Positions 1-11,027 are shown, numbered from the stretch's first letter. The stretch: DNA of 64,000 nt from Colwellia sp. RE-S-Sl-9 (GCA_048296855.1 CP182631.1), one strand, 5' to 3'. Translations and numbers: made by a program. Notes: generated by a model not told the origin, from the letters alone.

Positions 1-417
1 TAGTGCATCCGCATCATGAGTATTAATTAATATATCCGACAAAGATACCAATTCATCTAAAGCTACTTCAGATAAACGTCGTGGTATATGAGAAGAGTCT
101 CCATATTCCTCTGGGTGTAAGGGAGGAGACATTAATAACGATGGTGAAATTGCTGCAACAATCATATCAGCGTCATCATCCTCTTTTACCAAAAAATGTG
201 CATCTGCCGCCCGCGCTAAAAGCAAAGTACCTCGACCTAAAACAATCAATTCACCATTGATAAAATACTGTATCTGCCCAGTCAGACCAATAAAAATATT
301 TAATTCTGGAATACGTCTAGGGGCAGGATCAAATAATCGTCTAGTGCTACGTCGCCATATACGACCTCGCTCATCAGGTGCTAAGAGAGGAATTAATGGA
401 GGCGGATTATTAATCAA
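1..417 (-). CDS. hypothetical protein, N-terminal part (gene runs off window start)
   Basis: Open minus-strand frame from 477 down to position 1 with no stop. The only plausible start is TTG at 417-415, preceded by AAGGA 7 nt upstream. No family recognised from the translated sequence. Confidence 0.45.
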   Translation of the reverse strand, partial: MINNPPPLIPLLAPDERGRIWRRSTRRLFDPAPRRIPELNIFIGLTGQIQYFINGELIVLGRGTLLLARAADAHFLVKEDDDADMIVAAISPSLLMSPPLHPEEYGDSSHIPRRLSEVALDELVSLSDILINTHDADAL

Positions 418-553
418 CAGATATTCCTTATATAGAAAAACGCAATGATATACATGTAAAACGCAAATAATACGGGGTTATTCTCTGATATTGTACACTT
501 AAAAGCAATATAACCAATATAACTAAACAAAACCAAATTTAAGGAAAACTAAA

Positions 554-1321
554 ATGTCAGATATCGCCACTCAGTTTGCCGAAAATGGCTTTTACCATGC
601 TAAAGGTTTATTCAACGCAGCTGAAGTTAGTGTACTTGAGAAAGATTTTGAACAAATTGTTACACAACTAAATAACAGTAATGAAAACATCGACGCTACA
701 TGGAACGGAACAGAAACCAGACGTATAGCGTCTAAAAACGATACCATCTTGCATACTCATAATGTACAAAAGTATTCACGCAACTGGCTCGATGCATTCT
801 TACACTCAAAATTCTTACATGTCGCTGAGCAAATATTAGGAAATGATATTATATTGCATCACTCTAAGCTGTTTCAAAAACCATCTGAAAATGGTTCTCC
901 TTTCCCAATGCATCAAGACTGGTCATATTTCCCTACAGTCAAAGACACCATGATCGCAGGCATTATACATGTGAGCAATGCTACTGATGAGATGGGTTGC
1001 TTAAGAGTTTATCCTGGCTCCCATAAACTGGGAAGGATCGAAGGATCGAATGGCCGTCAGCCTAATAAGATTCTGGATCAATATCCTATTAAAAATGCTC
1101 AAGTGATTGAAGCCGAACCTGGTGACGTCGTTTTTTTCCACTACTTCACATTACATGGCTCCATGCCCAATCGCTCGAATAAAGTACGTAAAACTGTTCT
1201 TTGTCAACTTTATAATGGAGCTGATCATGTTGAACCAGAGAACAACCACCCCAACGAACGACTGGTGCTGCAAGGATGGAACCATCATATTTCTCGAGAT
1301 GAAGCAGGCTACAAACTGTAA
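554..1321 (+). CDS. phytanoyl-CoA dioxygenase (PhyH) family Fe(II)/2-oxoglutarate-dependent oxygenase
   Basis: 255-aa ORF with RBS AAGGAAA upstream. Carries the HQDW...HG motif pattern typical of PhyH-family dioxygenases (HxD...H facial triad). Confidence 0.7.
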   Translation: MSDIATQFAENGFYHAKGLFNAAEVSVLEKDFEQIVTQLNNSNENIDATWNGTETRRIASKNDTILHTHNVQKYSRNWLDAFLHSKFLHVAEQILGNDIILHHSKLFQKPSENGSPFPMHQDWSYFPTVKDTMIAGIIHVSNATDEMGCLRVYPGSHKLGRIEGSNGRQPNKILDQYPIKNAQVIEAEPGDVVFFHYFTLHGSMPNRSNKVRKTVLCQLYNGADHVEPENNHPNERLVLQGWNHHISRDEAGYKL

Positions 1322-1568
1322 AGCAACTTCATAAAAACTCTTTAATTTTTCGTTGAAGATAGTGCTATTTTAATCAAAATTACCAGAGCCAGTTGACCTT
1401 TACGGTATGTTTTTACAACCGCTAGTTTGGCCTTTATACCAAGCTAGCATTACCTTACAGGTTTGTTTAAACAAAATTCATACCCAAAAGTTCAAAAACC
1501 TCTAGCATCTAACTTATATTGATTGCGATAGGGTTATCTTCAACATTTAAGCTTTCAAGTGATTAATA

Positions 1569-2669
1569 ATGTCAACAATAAAAAATGCTATTACCCCTCC
1601 ACATAACCTTACATCTGAATCAATAATTAACCCACACGGTATGATAGTTGGTGAAGGCAAATTTAAATATCGAATAAACACCAATTGGGGAAAACTTGAT
1701 CCAGCAAAAATACCTGTGGAAAATTGTCACGACATCACCCTAGATTCAAAAGACCGAGTTATTATGGTGACTGATAATATTCAAAACAATTTTATTATTT
1801 ACAACAAAAATGGAGAGTTACTCGAGCATTTTGGTACCGAATTCCCTGGCGCGCATGCCATAAAAATTGTTCACGAAAATTCTGAAGATTTTATGTATAT
1901 TGTTGATAGCGGCTGGAAGTTAAATAGAAACTGGGATGGAGTAACAACTGGCAAGCCTGACTCCCCTTACAACAAAGTTATTGGCCAATCAGGCTTCATT
2001 GCCAAATTAAATATGCAAGGCGATATAATATTCACTATTGGTCACCCGCAAACTATTGGAATATATACACCAGACATGCCGTTTAAGCCAACTGATATAG
2101 CAATAGCCCCTAATGGGGACATATATATTACTGACGGATACGGCTCCGATTACCTTATACAATACGATAGTCAGGGGCGATATATTCACCATTGGGGTGG
2201 TCACGATAATACAGATACTCACTTAAACTTATCAAATACACATGGAATCAATATCGATTTACGAAATCCATTAGATCCCCACCTAGTGGTTAGCTCTAGA
2301 GCTGAACGAGCATTAAAATTATTTTCATTAAATGGTGAATATCGTAAAACTATTTCTGTACCAGGAGCATGGATTGGAGGTCCTGTTTTCAAAGGTGAAT
2401 ATTTTTATGCCCCCGTTTGTTGGTCTGATGTTGACGGTAAAAAAACTGATAATTCAGGGTTTATTTCTATTTTTGATAAAAATAATCAAGTAATAGCTAA
2501 TATTGGTGGTGAAAAGCCAATATATATAAACGGCGAACTACAGCCAATGAAAAGCACCAAGGATATATTTCATCATTGCCATGGAGTGTGTGTAGATGAT
2601 GATGGAAACTTATATGTTAGTCAGTGGAAGGCAAATCATACATATCCGATTAAACTAGAAAAAATATAA
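1569..2669 (+). CDS. NHL-repeat beta-propeller protein (peptidylglycine amidating lyase-like)
   Basis: 366-aa ORF with repeated 'ITDGYGSDYL / YVSQW' NHL-type blades. Confidence 0.55.
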   Translation: MSTIKNAITPPHNLTSESIINPHGMIVGEGKFKYRINTNWGKLDPAKIPVENCHDITLDSKDRVIMVTDNIQNNFIIYNKNGELLEHFGTEFPGAHAIKIVHENSEDFMYIVDSGWKLNRNWDGVTTGKPDSPYNKVIGQSGFIAKLNMQGDIIFTIGHPQTIGIYTPDMPFKPTDIAIAPNGDIYITDGYGSDYLIQYDSQGRYIHHWGGHDNTDTHLNLSNTHGINIDLRNPLDPHLVVSSRAERALKLFSLNGEYRKTISVPGAWIGGPVFKGEYFYAPVCWSDVDGKKTDNSGFISIFDKNNQVIANIGGEKPIYINGELQPMKSTKDIFHHCHGVCVDDDGNLYVSQWKANHTYPIKLEKI

Positions 2670-2680
2670 TTCATAATGAT

Positions 2681-2770
2681 TTAACCTGAACTCGCTTAAT
2701 AAATGCTTCTCTAGCAGCTATTTTTTATATTTCAATTTGTTAAGCATCTCTTAAACCGAGTTCAGGTTAA
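2681..2770. repeat. perfect 14-bp inverted repeat (TTAACCTGAACTCG ... CGAGTTCAGGTTAA) flanking a 62-bp spacer between convergent genes
   Basis: Arms read directly at 2681-2694 and 2757-2770. Either a long-stem bidirectional terminator or a MITE-like remnant. Confidence 0.5.
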
Positions 2771-2789
2771 TTAAATGCTGTTGATCTTT

Positions 2790-2852
2790 ACAATAAAAAA
2801 GTAAACAACATTTGGGGCAGTTATGATGATTTAACATAACGCTCCCAAATGT
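2790..2852 (-). terminator. putative intrinsic terminator of the glycerate kinase gene
   Basis: 9-bp stem ACATTTGGG/CCCAAATGT (2808-2816 / 2844-2852). On the minus strand it is followed by a T-rich run (plus-strand A-run 2791-2807). Confidence 0.4.
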
Positions 2853-2883
2853 GAGATTTATATTAACAGTAGATAACTAGAAA

Positions 2884-4164
2884 TTACTGCCTAGGCTCAA
2901 CCATAATAACTCTAAAGTCATTCACATTGGTATGTGTTGGGCCTGTAATAATTAAATCATTCAGCGCTTCAAAAAAATGAAAACTATCATTCTTCATTAA
3001 ATAATACTCAAGCGACAACCCTTTCTCTTGTGCTCGTTCTAACGTAGCTTCATCAATAAAAGCACCAGCAACATCTTTATTTCCGTCAACGCCGTCTGTA
3101 TCACACGCTAACGCTGATATTCCTTTAGCACCCTTTAATTCTTTAGCTAACGCAAGCATGTATTGTTGATTAGGTCCGCCATCCCCAGATTCTTTATCTA
3201 AAGTAACCGTAAGCTCTCCACCTGAAAAAAACAATGTGGGTTCATTCAACGTTTGCGCTTCTAAAGCGATTTTTGCATGTTCTGCGGCGACTTTATTCGC
3301 ATCACCCACTTCATCATAATTAAGAACTTTAATTTTCCATTTCGACAAATCAACACTCGCAATCGCTTTATCAATAGACTGTCGAGCATTAGCCATAATA
3401 GTAAAATTTTTAATAAGCTCTGGAGATATTGACTGATCAGAAATGCTTTCTTTAGCGGGTTCAGCAAGCAGCGCCTTTTCGACTGAAGCAATAGGCTCCC
3501 AATGGTATTTCCTTAATACACTAAGAGCTTGTTCACCTGTAGTAGAATCTTTGACCGTAGGACCCGAAGCTATAGTTGCAGGATCATCGCCTACTACGTC
3601 AGAAATAATTAAGGTATAAAACTCGCCTTTAATGGCTTGAGCTAGCTTGCCACCTTTTATTTGAGACAGTTGTTTGCGCACACAATTAATTTCGTCAATA
3701 GAAGCTCCAGAGCCTAATAAAAACTTATTTAATTGCATTTTTTCTGCAAAACTAACACCTTCAATAGGTAATGAAAGTAAAGCAGAACCTCCGCCTGAAA
3801 TTAAAAAAACGACTGGTACATCTTTAGGTACGCTCTGAGCTAAAGCTAAAATTTCTTTACCTGCGTTAATACTCCCTTCATCAGGAATAGGATGACCTGC
3901 CGTTAATATTTTAATACGACCAATACTTGAGTTATTGGTATAGCCATGGCGAGTAACAACCGTTCCATAACATTTTTCTCCAAAGAACTCGTGCATAGTA
4001 TTAGCCATATCCACAGCGGCTTTTCCTGCTCCTATTACACATAAACCGTTACTGGCATCTATATTTTCAAGATGTTTTGGCATACATACCGACGGTAGAC
4101 TTTCGTTTACTGCGATTTCAAATAAATTTTGTAAGAATTTTTTAGTTTTCATTGTATTACACAC
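2884..4164 (-). CDS. glycerate 2-kinase, MOFRL family (hydroxypyruvate reductase/glycerate kinase GckA/TtuD-like)
   Basis: 426 aa with the conserved MOFRL C-terminal block 'DTDGVDGNKDVAGAFID' and an N-terminal DUF4147-like region. The true start may be the second Met (4152). Confidence 0.8.
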   Translation of the reverse strand: MCNTMKTKKFLQNLFEIAVNESLPSVCMPKHLENIDASNGLCVIGAGKAAVDMANTMHEFFGEKCYGTVVTRHGYTNNSSIGRIKILTAGHPIPDEGSINAGKEILALAQSVPKDVPVVFLISGGGSALLSLPIEGVSFAEKMQLNKFLLGSGASIDEINCVRKQLSQIKGGKLAQAIKGEFYTLIISDVVGDDPATIASGPTVKDSTTGEQALSVLRKYHWEPIASVEKALLAEPAKESISDQSISPELIKNFTIMANARQSIDKAIASVDLSKWKIKVLNYDEVGDANKVAAEHAKIALEAQTLNEPTLFFSGGELTVTLDKESGDGGPNQQYMLALAKELKGAKGISALACDTDGVDGNKDVAGAFIDEATLERAQEKGLSLEYYLMKNDSFHFFEALNDLIITGPTHTNVNDFRVIMVEPRQ

Positions 4165-4206
4165 ATAAAATAAAAAACAAAGGACCTTTCGATCCTCTGT
4201 TAAAAG

Positions 4207-5787
4207 CTAACTAAATAACAGCGGGATTGATAAACAAATAGCGATCATCACAAAAAAGTAAGCCACTAAAATAACGATATCTTTTTTTGTTAAAATAGCA
4301 GGAGTATCAGCTAAAGAAGTTAATGATGGGTTATAAGCCATACGCTCTGTTTTATTAAAAAGTAAAATTCCATATGCAACAACACAAGTCACAATTAACC
4401 CAACCAAGTTCCACCAAAACCAAAACAATTCAGGCACGCATAACCAGAGGAAAATATTAAATGCTACCCCCGAAAGAAGTCCAATATTAATCTGTAAAGC
4501 ACATAAACGTTTATCAAAAACAGCCAATAAGAAAATGGCTAAAATAGGTCCATAAAAAACAGAGCCCACTTTATTTATAGCTTCAATCACGGTTGCGGCG
4601 ATATCACCTGCATACAGAGAAAGTGTTAAAGTAACCACTCCCCATATAATCGACGTATATTTCGCGTATTTCATATACGTTTCATCGTCAGGCTTCTTAC
4701 CAGAAATACGACAATAATCCTCTACCGTAACCGCTGATAATGAATTAATAGTTGAACTTAATGACGACATTGCCGCAGCTAAAATAGCCACAATTAAAAT
4801 ACCTATCATGCCATGAGGAAGATAGTTAATAATAAACACAGGCATCATCATATCGCTTTTATCTTGCGGTATTAACTCAGCAAAACTTGCATCAGTTAAA
4901 GCTAACGTACCAATAATTAAGCCTGAAAAACAATAAAGTAAAGTAACAGGAAAGCGTAAAAAGCCATTCGCCATCATCATTTTTTTAAGTTGGCTGGGAT
5001 CTTTTGCCGAAAGTGCACGTTGGGTTTGAGTTTGGTCACAACCGTAATAAGAGGCATACAAAACGATACCGCCGAATACCATAGGTAAAAAACCAAAGCC
5101 ATCACCTTCCACACCATAGGATGAGAAATTAATCGCCTGTAAACGAGATTGATCTACGTTTTCCAATAAACTACTAATACCACCGAGATGACTTAAGCCA
5201 AAATAGATACAAGCAACCGTACCTAATACGATAATAATCATTTGAATCGCATCACCATATACAACGGCTTTCATTCCACCCTGAAGTGAATATAACAGAG
5301 TGATAACACCTACCAATACAATAGACTGCCATAATGTTATGCCCATAGTAGCAATAAGAATAAGTGACACAGCATAAATCATGATACCGGTAGAAAAAGC
5401 ACGGCTAAATTGAAAAACAAAACTGATAACCAATCGGGAAGAACGCCCAAACCGTTGCTCTAGATAGTCGTAAATACTAACAACCCCCGAACGATACAAA
5501 ACGGGTAATACAGTAGATAAAACCAAAATCATAGCTAGTGGAACAGCTAATTCGTAAGACAACCACTGCATTCCACCACCTTCTCGAAGTCCAACAAACG
5601 CAGGTGCAGATACAAAACTAATCGCCGAAAGTTGTGTTGCCATTACTGACAACGTTAGAGGCTTCCAGCCTAGTGTTCTACCACCTAAGAAATAATCAGA
5701 TTTAGTTGATTGTCCCCTAAGTTTGAATCCCATATAAACAAGTAGGAAAAGATAAACAGCAATAATGCCATAATCAAGAATATTCAT
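4207..5787 (-). CDS. sodium:solute symporter (SSS) family transporter
   Basis: 526 aa, about 13 predicted TM helices, SSS-family signature regions. Confidence 0.8.
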   Translation of the reverse strand: MNILDYGIIAVYLFLLVYMGFKLRGQSTKSDYFLGGRTLGWKPLTLSVMATQLSAISFVSAPAFVGLREGGGMQWLSYELAVPLAMILVLSTVLPVLYRSGVVSIYDYLEQRFGRSSRLVISFVFQFSRAFSTGIMIYAVSLILIATMGITLWQSIVLVGVITLLYSLQGGMKAVVYGDAIQMIIIVLGTVACIYFGLSHLGGISSLLENVDQSRLQAINFSSYGVEGDGFGFLPMVFGGIVLYASYYGCDQTQTQRALSAKDPSQLKKMMMANGFLRFPVTLLYCFSGLIIGTLALTDASFAELIPQDKSDMMMPVFIINYLPHGMIGILIVAILAAAMSSLSSTINSLSAVTVEDYCRISGKKPDDETYMKYAKYTSIIWGVVTLTLSLYAGDIAATVIEAINKVGSVFYGPILAIFLLAVFDKRLCALQINIGLLSGVAFNIFLWLCVPELFWFWWNLVGLIVTCVVAYGILLFNKTERMAYNPSLTSLADTPAILTKKDIVILVAYFFVMIAICLSIPLLFS

Positions 5788-5901
5788 TGAAGTAACAGCC
5801 TTAGCCCAAATTTAGTGATTTAAGCAAGAATAAAATATAGTTATATGCTTTTACGCTGTGTAAATTACATCGGGTATTTTTTACATAACGTATAACTTTA
5901 T

Positions 5902-5938
5902 GAAAAAGGCAATACTTTTATTGGTATTGCCTTTTATT
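5902..5938. terminator. bidirectional intrinsic terminator downstream of the TonB-dependent receptor gene
   Basis: 10-bp perfect stem AAGGCAATAC / GTATTGCCTT with an 8-nt loop. It is flanked by an A-run upstream and a T-run downstream. Confidence 0.65.
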
Positions 5939-5956
5939 GGTATAACTTAATATTGA

Positions 5957-8437
5957 TTAAAAGTCATATCTTGCTGTAATACTAACTCTACGAGGTAACA
6001 CAGGACGGCCAACGAAGAATTCACCACCATTTACTTGACTATTACCTTGTCGTGGAGACCCTTCAGAAATACCTTCACTATCAAATAAATTCCAAACCCC
6101 TAAACCTAAACGGATTTGTTGTTCATTCATAAGCTCCCATGTATAACCTAATTCTAGTGTTGAAATAGTATGACTGTCTAATACAACACTATTACTGTCG
6201 TTAGCAAAAGCTTCGCCAAAATAGCTAAATGCTATACGAGCATCAACTGCGCCGTTATTATATGCAAAGCCAATATTACCTGATAAATCTGGCTGTCTAC
6301 TTGGTTCTTTACCGTCGTTATTTCCTTCTGCAAATTGAGCATCTTGATAAGTTAAGTTACCATCAATAATAAACTCATCAGAAATATTCCATCGAGCAAT
6401 AACTTCAACACCCGTTGTTTCAGTTGATAGCGTTGTTACTGTTTCAACAATCTCACCATTAAGGCCATTTTCAAACGTAACGCCACGTCGATTATCTAAA
6501 TTCGCCATAAATATTGATGCATCAATATATAAATCATCAGGAAAATACTTAATACCTAAAGTTGCTAAGGTAATATCTTCACCCTCGTAACTTTGCGGCT
6601 CACCATTTTCATTAAATTGAATACTTCTTAATTGCGGGAAGAAATACCCTTTTGAAGCATTACCATAAAGGTTAATGTCATCATCTAATTTATATAAAGC
6701 GGCTACTGAAAATGCAGCTTCTGTAGTACTAACTTCACCGTATAAAAACTGCCCATTACCAGTAGTATTAACTTGTAAATTTGGTGCTAAACTTGGGTCA
6801 TCATTTACAACAACACTTGTACTGCCTTCTGATTTTTGAGTTCCTTCAGAACGTTCAATCCTCATACCCACGTCAAACGCCCAATCATCATTTTCCATTT
6901 GATCGGTAATATATAATGCAGTACGGGTATTAGTAAGTTGCTTATTGGTATAACCAATTCCTGGCCCAACAACACCATTTTTAGAATATTGAACTACATT
7001 TCCTGCACCATCTGTAAATGATAGATCAACTAAACGAGCATTTTTACCATCACTAAAATCAGCTAAATAACTTGAAGTTATATTATAATCCATTTGTTCA
7101 GCATGAATAAAAAACGTACCTATATTTAACGTATGCTCAAACCCACCGCCTTCTAAAGTACCAGTAAGGTTAAATTCAGTACTGAAAAAACTACCATCAC
7201 GTTGGCGATCTAATAACCTATTACCAAATAATAACGTATCATTAGGTACAGCTTTGCCTGTTTCAGACCATGTATAGCTAGGTGTACCATATAAATCTGT
7301 TAAAGATTGTTTAGTACCATCACCATTCACATCAAAACCATGAGCTGCATTATCGGCATAACCTGCTAACGGCTCTGGAGAATTAGCAATACCATCACCA
7401 TCTAAAAAGAGGTTAAATTGATGGTCATAATCAGCTCCTTTTGCTTTAGCATTTAATGTCCAGCTATCATTTAAGTCTTTTTCAAACTCAATAGCAATTG
7501 AGCCACCAATTGTAGAAACACCATTTCTAATAGGTGATTCATAAGTACCATCTGCTGTTGGATAAGATAACTCAGCAGCAGAAACTGTTTGACCTACATA
7601 AACGGTACCACCATCATTACCTGTTAACCTTTCTCTGCTCTCTCCATCAAGAGGTAATGGTAAGAAAAACTGTACTTGATCATCGATCATTTGACCTGAT
7701 ATTTTGAAAAAACCATCATCAAATTCTTTAAGAATGTTACCGCGTAATTGATAACCTTTGGTAGGTAAGCCTGAATCTAATGGCCCTTCGTCGTATCTAT
7801 AATATCCAGACATAGCATAATATAGATTATCTTGGCTTGATAATGGTCCGCTAGTATAAAAATCGGTTCTTAAACGACCATCTTCTGCAATTTCTACTTG
7901 AACGGTACTTTCTGGATCATCTGATCCCGTTTTAGAAATATAGTTAATAATACCAACTACAGAGCCAGGTCCAAATAAGTTAGAGACACCACCGCCAACA
8001 AATTCAACACGTTCGATACCTATATCTGCACGATAATAAACATCTTGTGCTGAAGATGTTAGTCCAGACTGAAATGTTGGCATACCATCAAAATTTAAAG
8101 GTGTAAATTGAAATTGCCCGCCAGAAGGTAAGCCTCGAACAAAAGCGTTAGTTGCAACTTCACCACCACCGCCTTCAACTTTTATTCCCGGAACACTCAT
8201 TAGCATATCAGCTTGGCTACTAAAACCTTTACGAGCCATATCTTCATTACTAAACCATGTAGTTTTTGCTGGAGTATCAGCTTCAGTACGCTGTACGCTT
8301 GAACCTGTTACAAGAATAACTTCAGTATTTTCTGCTGCTTTTTTCTTGTCTGCAGACACTTCTTCTGCAGCCCACGTAAATGTAGATGATGTAGCTAAAG
8401 CAACCATAATAACTTTAGATAATATATTTAATTTCAT
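5957..8437 (-). CDS. TonB-dependent outer-membrane receptor
   Basis: 826 aa with a signal peptide, an N-terminal plug with a TonB-box-like segment, and a C-terminal beta-barrel ending in an aromatic residue (…RYDF). Confidence 0.9.
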   Translation of the reverse strand: MKLNILSKVIMVALATSSTFTWAAEEVSADKKKAAENTEVILVTGSSVQRTEADTPAKTTWFSNEDMARKGFSSQADMLMSVPGIKVEGGGGEVATNAFVRGLPSGGQFQFTPLNFDGMPTFQSGLTSSAQDVYYRADIGIERVEFVGGGVSNLFGPGSVVGIINYISKTGSDDPESTVQVEIAEDGRLRTDFYTSGPLSSQDNLYYAMSGYYRYDEGPLDSGLPTKGYQLRGNILKEFDDGFFKISGQMIDDQVQFFLPLPLDGESRERLTGNDGGTVYVGQTVSAAELSYPTADGTYESPIRNGVSTIGGSIAIEFEKDLNDSWTLNAKAKGADYDHQFNLFLDGDGIANSPEPLAGYADNAAHGFDVNGDGTKQSLTDLYGTPSYTWSETGKAVPNDTLLFGNRLLDRQRDGSFFSTEFNLTGTLEGGGFEHTLNIGTFFIHAEQMDYNITSSYLADFSDGKNARLVDLSFTDGAGNVVQYSKNGVVGPGIGYTNKQLTNTRTALYITDQMENDDWAFDVGMRIERSEGTQKSEGSTSVVVNDDPSLAPNLQVNTTGNGQFLYGEVSTTEAAFSVAALYKLDDDINLYGNASKGYFFPQLRSIQFNENGEPQSYEGEDITLATLGIKYFPDDLYIDASIFMANLDNRRGVTFENGLNGEIVETVTTLSTETTGVEVIARWNISDEFIIDGNLTYQDAQFAEGNNDGKEPSRQPDLSGNIGFAYNNGAVDARIAFSYFGEAFANDSNSVVLDSHTISTLELGYTWELMNEQQIRLGLGVWNLFDSEGISEGSPRQGNSQVNGGEFFVGRPVLPRRVSITARYDF

Positions 8438-8729
8438 TTCTTACTTCCCCGTATAACATGTTGATATTTAATTGTTTTAAAATTCATGTCCAGTTATTAA
8501 TAAACAAAATGTTTGCAGTTAACTCAATTTAATATAGTTCATTTCACGATAAATTCTATCTTAGATTTTAGTTAACCTATTTTTTGCTTGTTTACTAATT
8601 ACTCACTACAGTAAAACATATAGTTTTTTTCATTTCAACCCAAAATAGGTTTTATTTATCTTGATATCGAGTTCGATTTAATGATTTAATACCCATAACG
8701 AGTTATTTATATTTAGAGAGAGTATAAAA

Positions 8730-9998
8730 ATGACAGATAAAAATGCATTAATAGAGCAAGCAAAAAATATTTTAAAACGGAACGATGTAGACGGTTACAC
8801 AGTGCCTACACATGACTTATATCCCTTTCAGTGGAATTGGGATGCCGCTATTACCGCCTTAGGATGGATGAAATTTGATGAAAGCCGTGCATGGCTAGAA
8901 ATAGAAATGCTATTAAAAGGTCAATGGGATAATGGCATGGTGCCACATATTATTTTTCATAAGCCTGTAGATACCTATTTCCCAGGACCAGATGTTTGGG
9001 GGGTTAAAAATGAGATCCCAACAACGGCAATATCACAACCTCCTGTACTTGTTAGTATAGTTAAAATTATGGTTGAGCAAGCAACTGACAAAGCCCTAGC
9101 TGAAAGCAAGTTAGCTGAAATGTTACCTAAACTTATTGCCTATCATCAATGGTGGTACAACGACCGAGATCCCGAAAACACAGGCCTTGTTGTGAGCTAT
9201 CATCCATGGGAATCGGGTATGGATAACAGCCCAGCTTGGGATGAAAGTTTAGCTGCCGTACCTCCGGTAAACTATACCTATAAACGTAAAGATCTCGATC
9301 ATGTTGATTCAGACGAACGACCTCATGCAGAACAGTATGACCGCTACCTTTACCTTGTTGATTTTTTCAAAGAATCAAACTTTGACAGTGAAATCATTTA
9401 TAAAAATTGTCCATATAAAGTCAATGACTTAGGTATCATTACAATACTACACAAAGCCACTAAAGATCTTATTTCTCTTTGTAAAAAATCAAACTCAAAC
9501 GAGCAAGAAGTGACTTGGTTTAATGAGCAATTGGCATTAACAGAAAAAGGGATTAATACCCTTTGGAGCAATGAACATAACAGCTTCTTGAATAAAGATG
9601 TTATCACTCAAAAATTATCTCCTGTGTTAACCACCGGAACCATGCTCGTTATTTATGCTGAACTTGCTTCAACCGAACAAATGAATGTTCTGAAGCCTTT
9701 ATTAAATGACTGGTTAAACGAAACTAAATATTGTATGTCTTCAACCTATGCTAAATGTGAAGCGTTTGAGCCACAAAGATATTGGCGCGGTCCAGTATGG
9801 TTACATATTAACTGGATGATCGCATTAGGCGCTGACAGCTATGGCTTAACCGAAGAAAGCGCACAATTAAAAGCAGAATCAGAAGAGCTATTAGTAGAGT
9901 TTGGTTACTTCGAATATTTCAATAGTAAAACAGGTGTAGGCTGTGGCGGTGACGATTTTTCGTGGACTGCAGCAATCGCATTACATTGGTTTTTATAA
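8730..9998 (+). CDS. GH63-like (alpha/alpha)6 glycoside hydrolase, mannosylglycerate/glucosylglycerate hydrolase-type
   Basis: 422 aa, the size of the catalytic domain only. It carries a 'YHPWESGMDNSP' block typical of GH63/MGH/GgH enzymes and has a good RBS. Confidence 0.65.
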   Translation: MTDKNALIEQAKNILKRNDVDGYTVPTHDLYPFQWNWDAAITALGWMKFDESRAWLEIEMLLKGQWDNGMVPHIIFHKPVDTYFPGPDVWGVKNEIPTTAISQPPVLVSIVKIMVEQATDKALAESKLAEMLPKLIAYHQWWYNDRDPENTGLVVSYHPWESGMDNSPAWDESLAAVPPVNYTYKRKDLDHVDSDERPHAEQYDRYLYLVDFFKESNFDSEIIYKNCPYKVNDLGIITILHKATKDLISLCKKSNSNEQEVTWFNEQLALTEKGINTLWSNEHNSFLNKDVITQKLSPVLTTGTMLVIYAELASTEQMNVLKPLLNDWLNETKYCMSSTYAKCEAFEPQRYWRGPVWLHINWMIALGADSYGLTEESAQLKAESEELLVEFGYFEYFNSKTGVGCGGDDFSWTAAIALHWFL

Positions 9999-10019
9999 AG
10001 TATAAAGAGAGATAGACTA

Positions 10020-11012
10020 ATGAAATCAGTCATTTGTTTTGGTGAAGCCCTTATCGATTTTTTAAATACTAATCGATTTGAAGAAAAGCCTTTATGGTTA
10101 AATGAGTTTCGACAATACCCCGGCGGCGCGCCAGCAAATGTTGCTGTAGCCATAGCAAGGTTAGGTGGAACATCTTTATTTGCAGGACAAGTAGGTAAAG
10201 ACAGTTTCGGTGATTTTTTAGAGCAAGCACTTACTTGTTATCAAGTAGACACTCGATTAATGAGCCGTCACCCCACTGCAAAAACAGCACTTGCGTTTGT
10301 TACACTCGATGAAGAAGGTGATAGAAGTTTTACCTTTTTCAGAGAAGCTACAGCTGACTTATTGTTTAAACCTTCTCAAGTAGATGAAAACTGGTTTACT
10401 CACTCTTCTATCTTTCATTTTTGTAGTAATACGTTAACCAATGCAGATATTACCGAAACCACACAATTTGCAGTAACTATGGCGAAAACAAAAGGACTAA
10501 CCATTAGTTTCGATGTTAATTTACGCCATAATTTATGGCTAAATGAATCGGTAAACATTGAACGTGTTAATGCCTTAGCTGAACAGGCTCATGTATTAAA
10601 ATACTCAAAAGACGAATTAGATTTCCTCGCCCAAGGAAAGCAAAAAGCTTATATCAACAAATTAATCACCCAAGGTGTAATGCTGGTGCTTGTAACTGAT
10701 GGCCCTGATACCATTCATTACTATAGTAGTACTTGTGCTGGAACGGTTAATCCACCATGTGTAAATGCTGTAGATACTACCGCAGGTGGGGATGCCTTTA
10801 TTGGCGGCTTTTTATTTGGTTTAAACAAAATTAGCCAAACAAGCTCAACTAAACAACATCTAACTTCAGTAAACTCAATCATTCCTTTAATCAACTTTGC
10901 AGCAGCTTGTGGTGCGCATGCCGTTACTAAACCCGGCGCATTCCCAGCACTCCCAATATTTGATGATGTATCTTCAAGTTGGCAATTAAACTCATTCGAT
11001 AATAAATCGTAA
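10020..11012 (+). CDS. PfkB-family carbohydrate kinase (fructokinase-like)
   Basis: 330 aa with N-terminal GG motif and C-terminal 'DTTAGGDAFIGG' anion-hole motif of the ribokinase/PfkB family. Confidence 0.85.
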   Translation: MKSVICFGEALIDFLNTNRFEEKPLWLNEFRQYPGGAPANVAVAIARLGGTSLFAGQVGKDSFGDFLEQALTCYQVDTRLMSRHPTAKTALAFVTLDEEGDRSFTFFREATADLLFKPSQVDENWFTHSSIFHFCSNTLTNADITETTQFAVTMAKTKGLTISFDVNLRHNLWLNESVNIERVNALAEQAHVLKYSKDELDFLAQGKQKAYINKLITQGVMLVLVTDGPDTIHYYSSTCAGTVNPPCVNAVDTTAGGDAFIGGFLFGLNKISQTSSTKQHLTSVNSIIPLINFAAACGAHAVTKPGAFPALPIFDDVSSSWQLNSFDNKS

Positions 11013-11027
11013 ATAAAAAGGCCGAAT

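Noticed and set aside
1107-1334. Many short ORFs in the six-frame track lie entirely inside or antisense to larger genes. Examples: 1107-1334, 2007-2222, 3261-3491, 9398-9607, 9905-10153, 11830-12081, 12650-12898, 15486-15776, 16614-16841, 17760-17987, 30374-30918, 31698-32227, 45009-45933, 48805-50721, 53339-53581, 54025-54282, 55153-55734, 58581-60881.
   Set aside because: They overlap well-supported genes with conserved domains and have no RBS or coherent composition, so they are treated as spurious frame artefacts.
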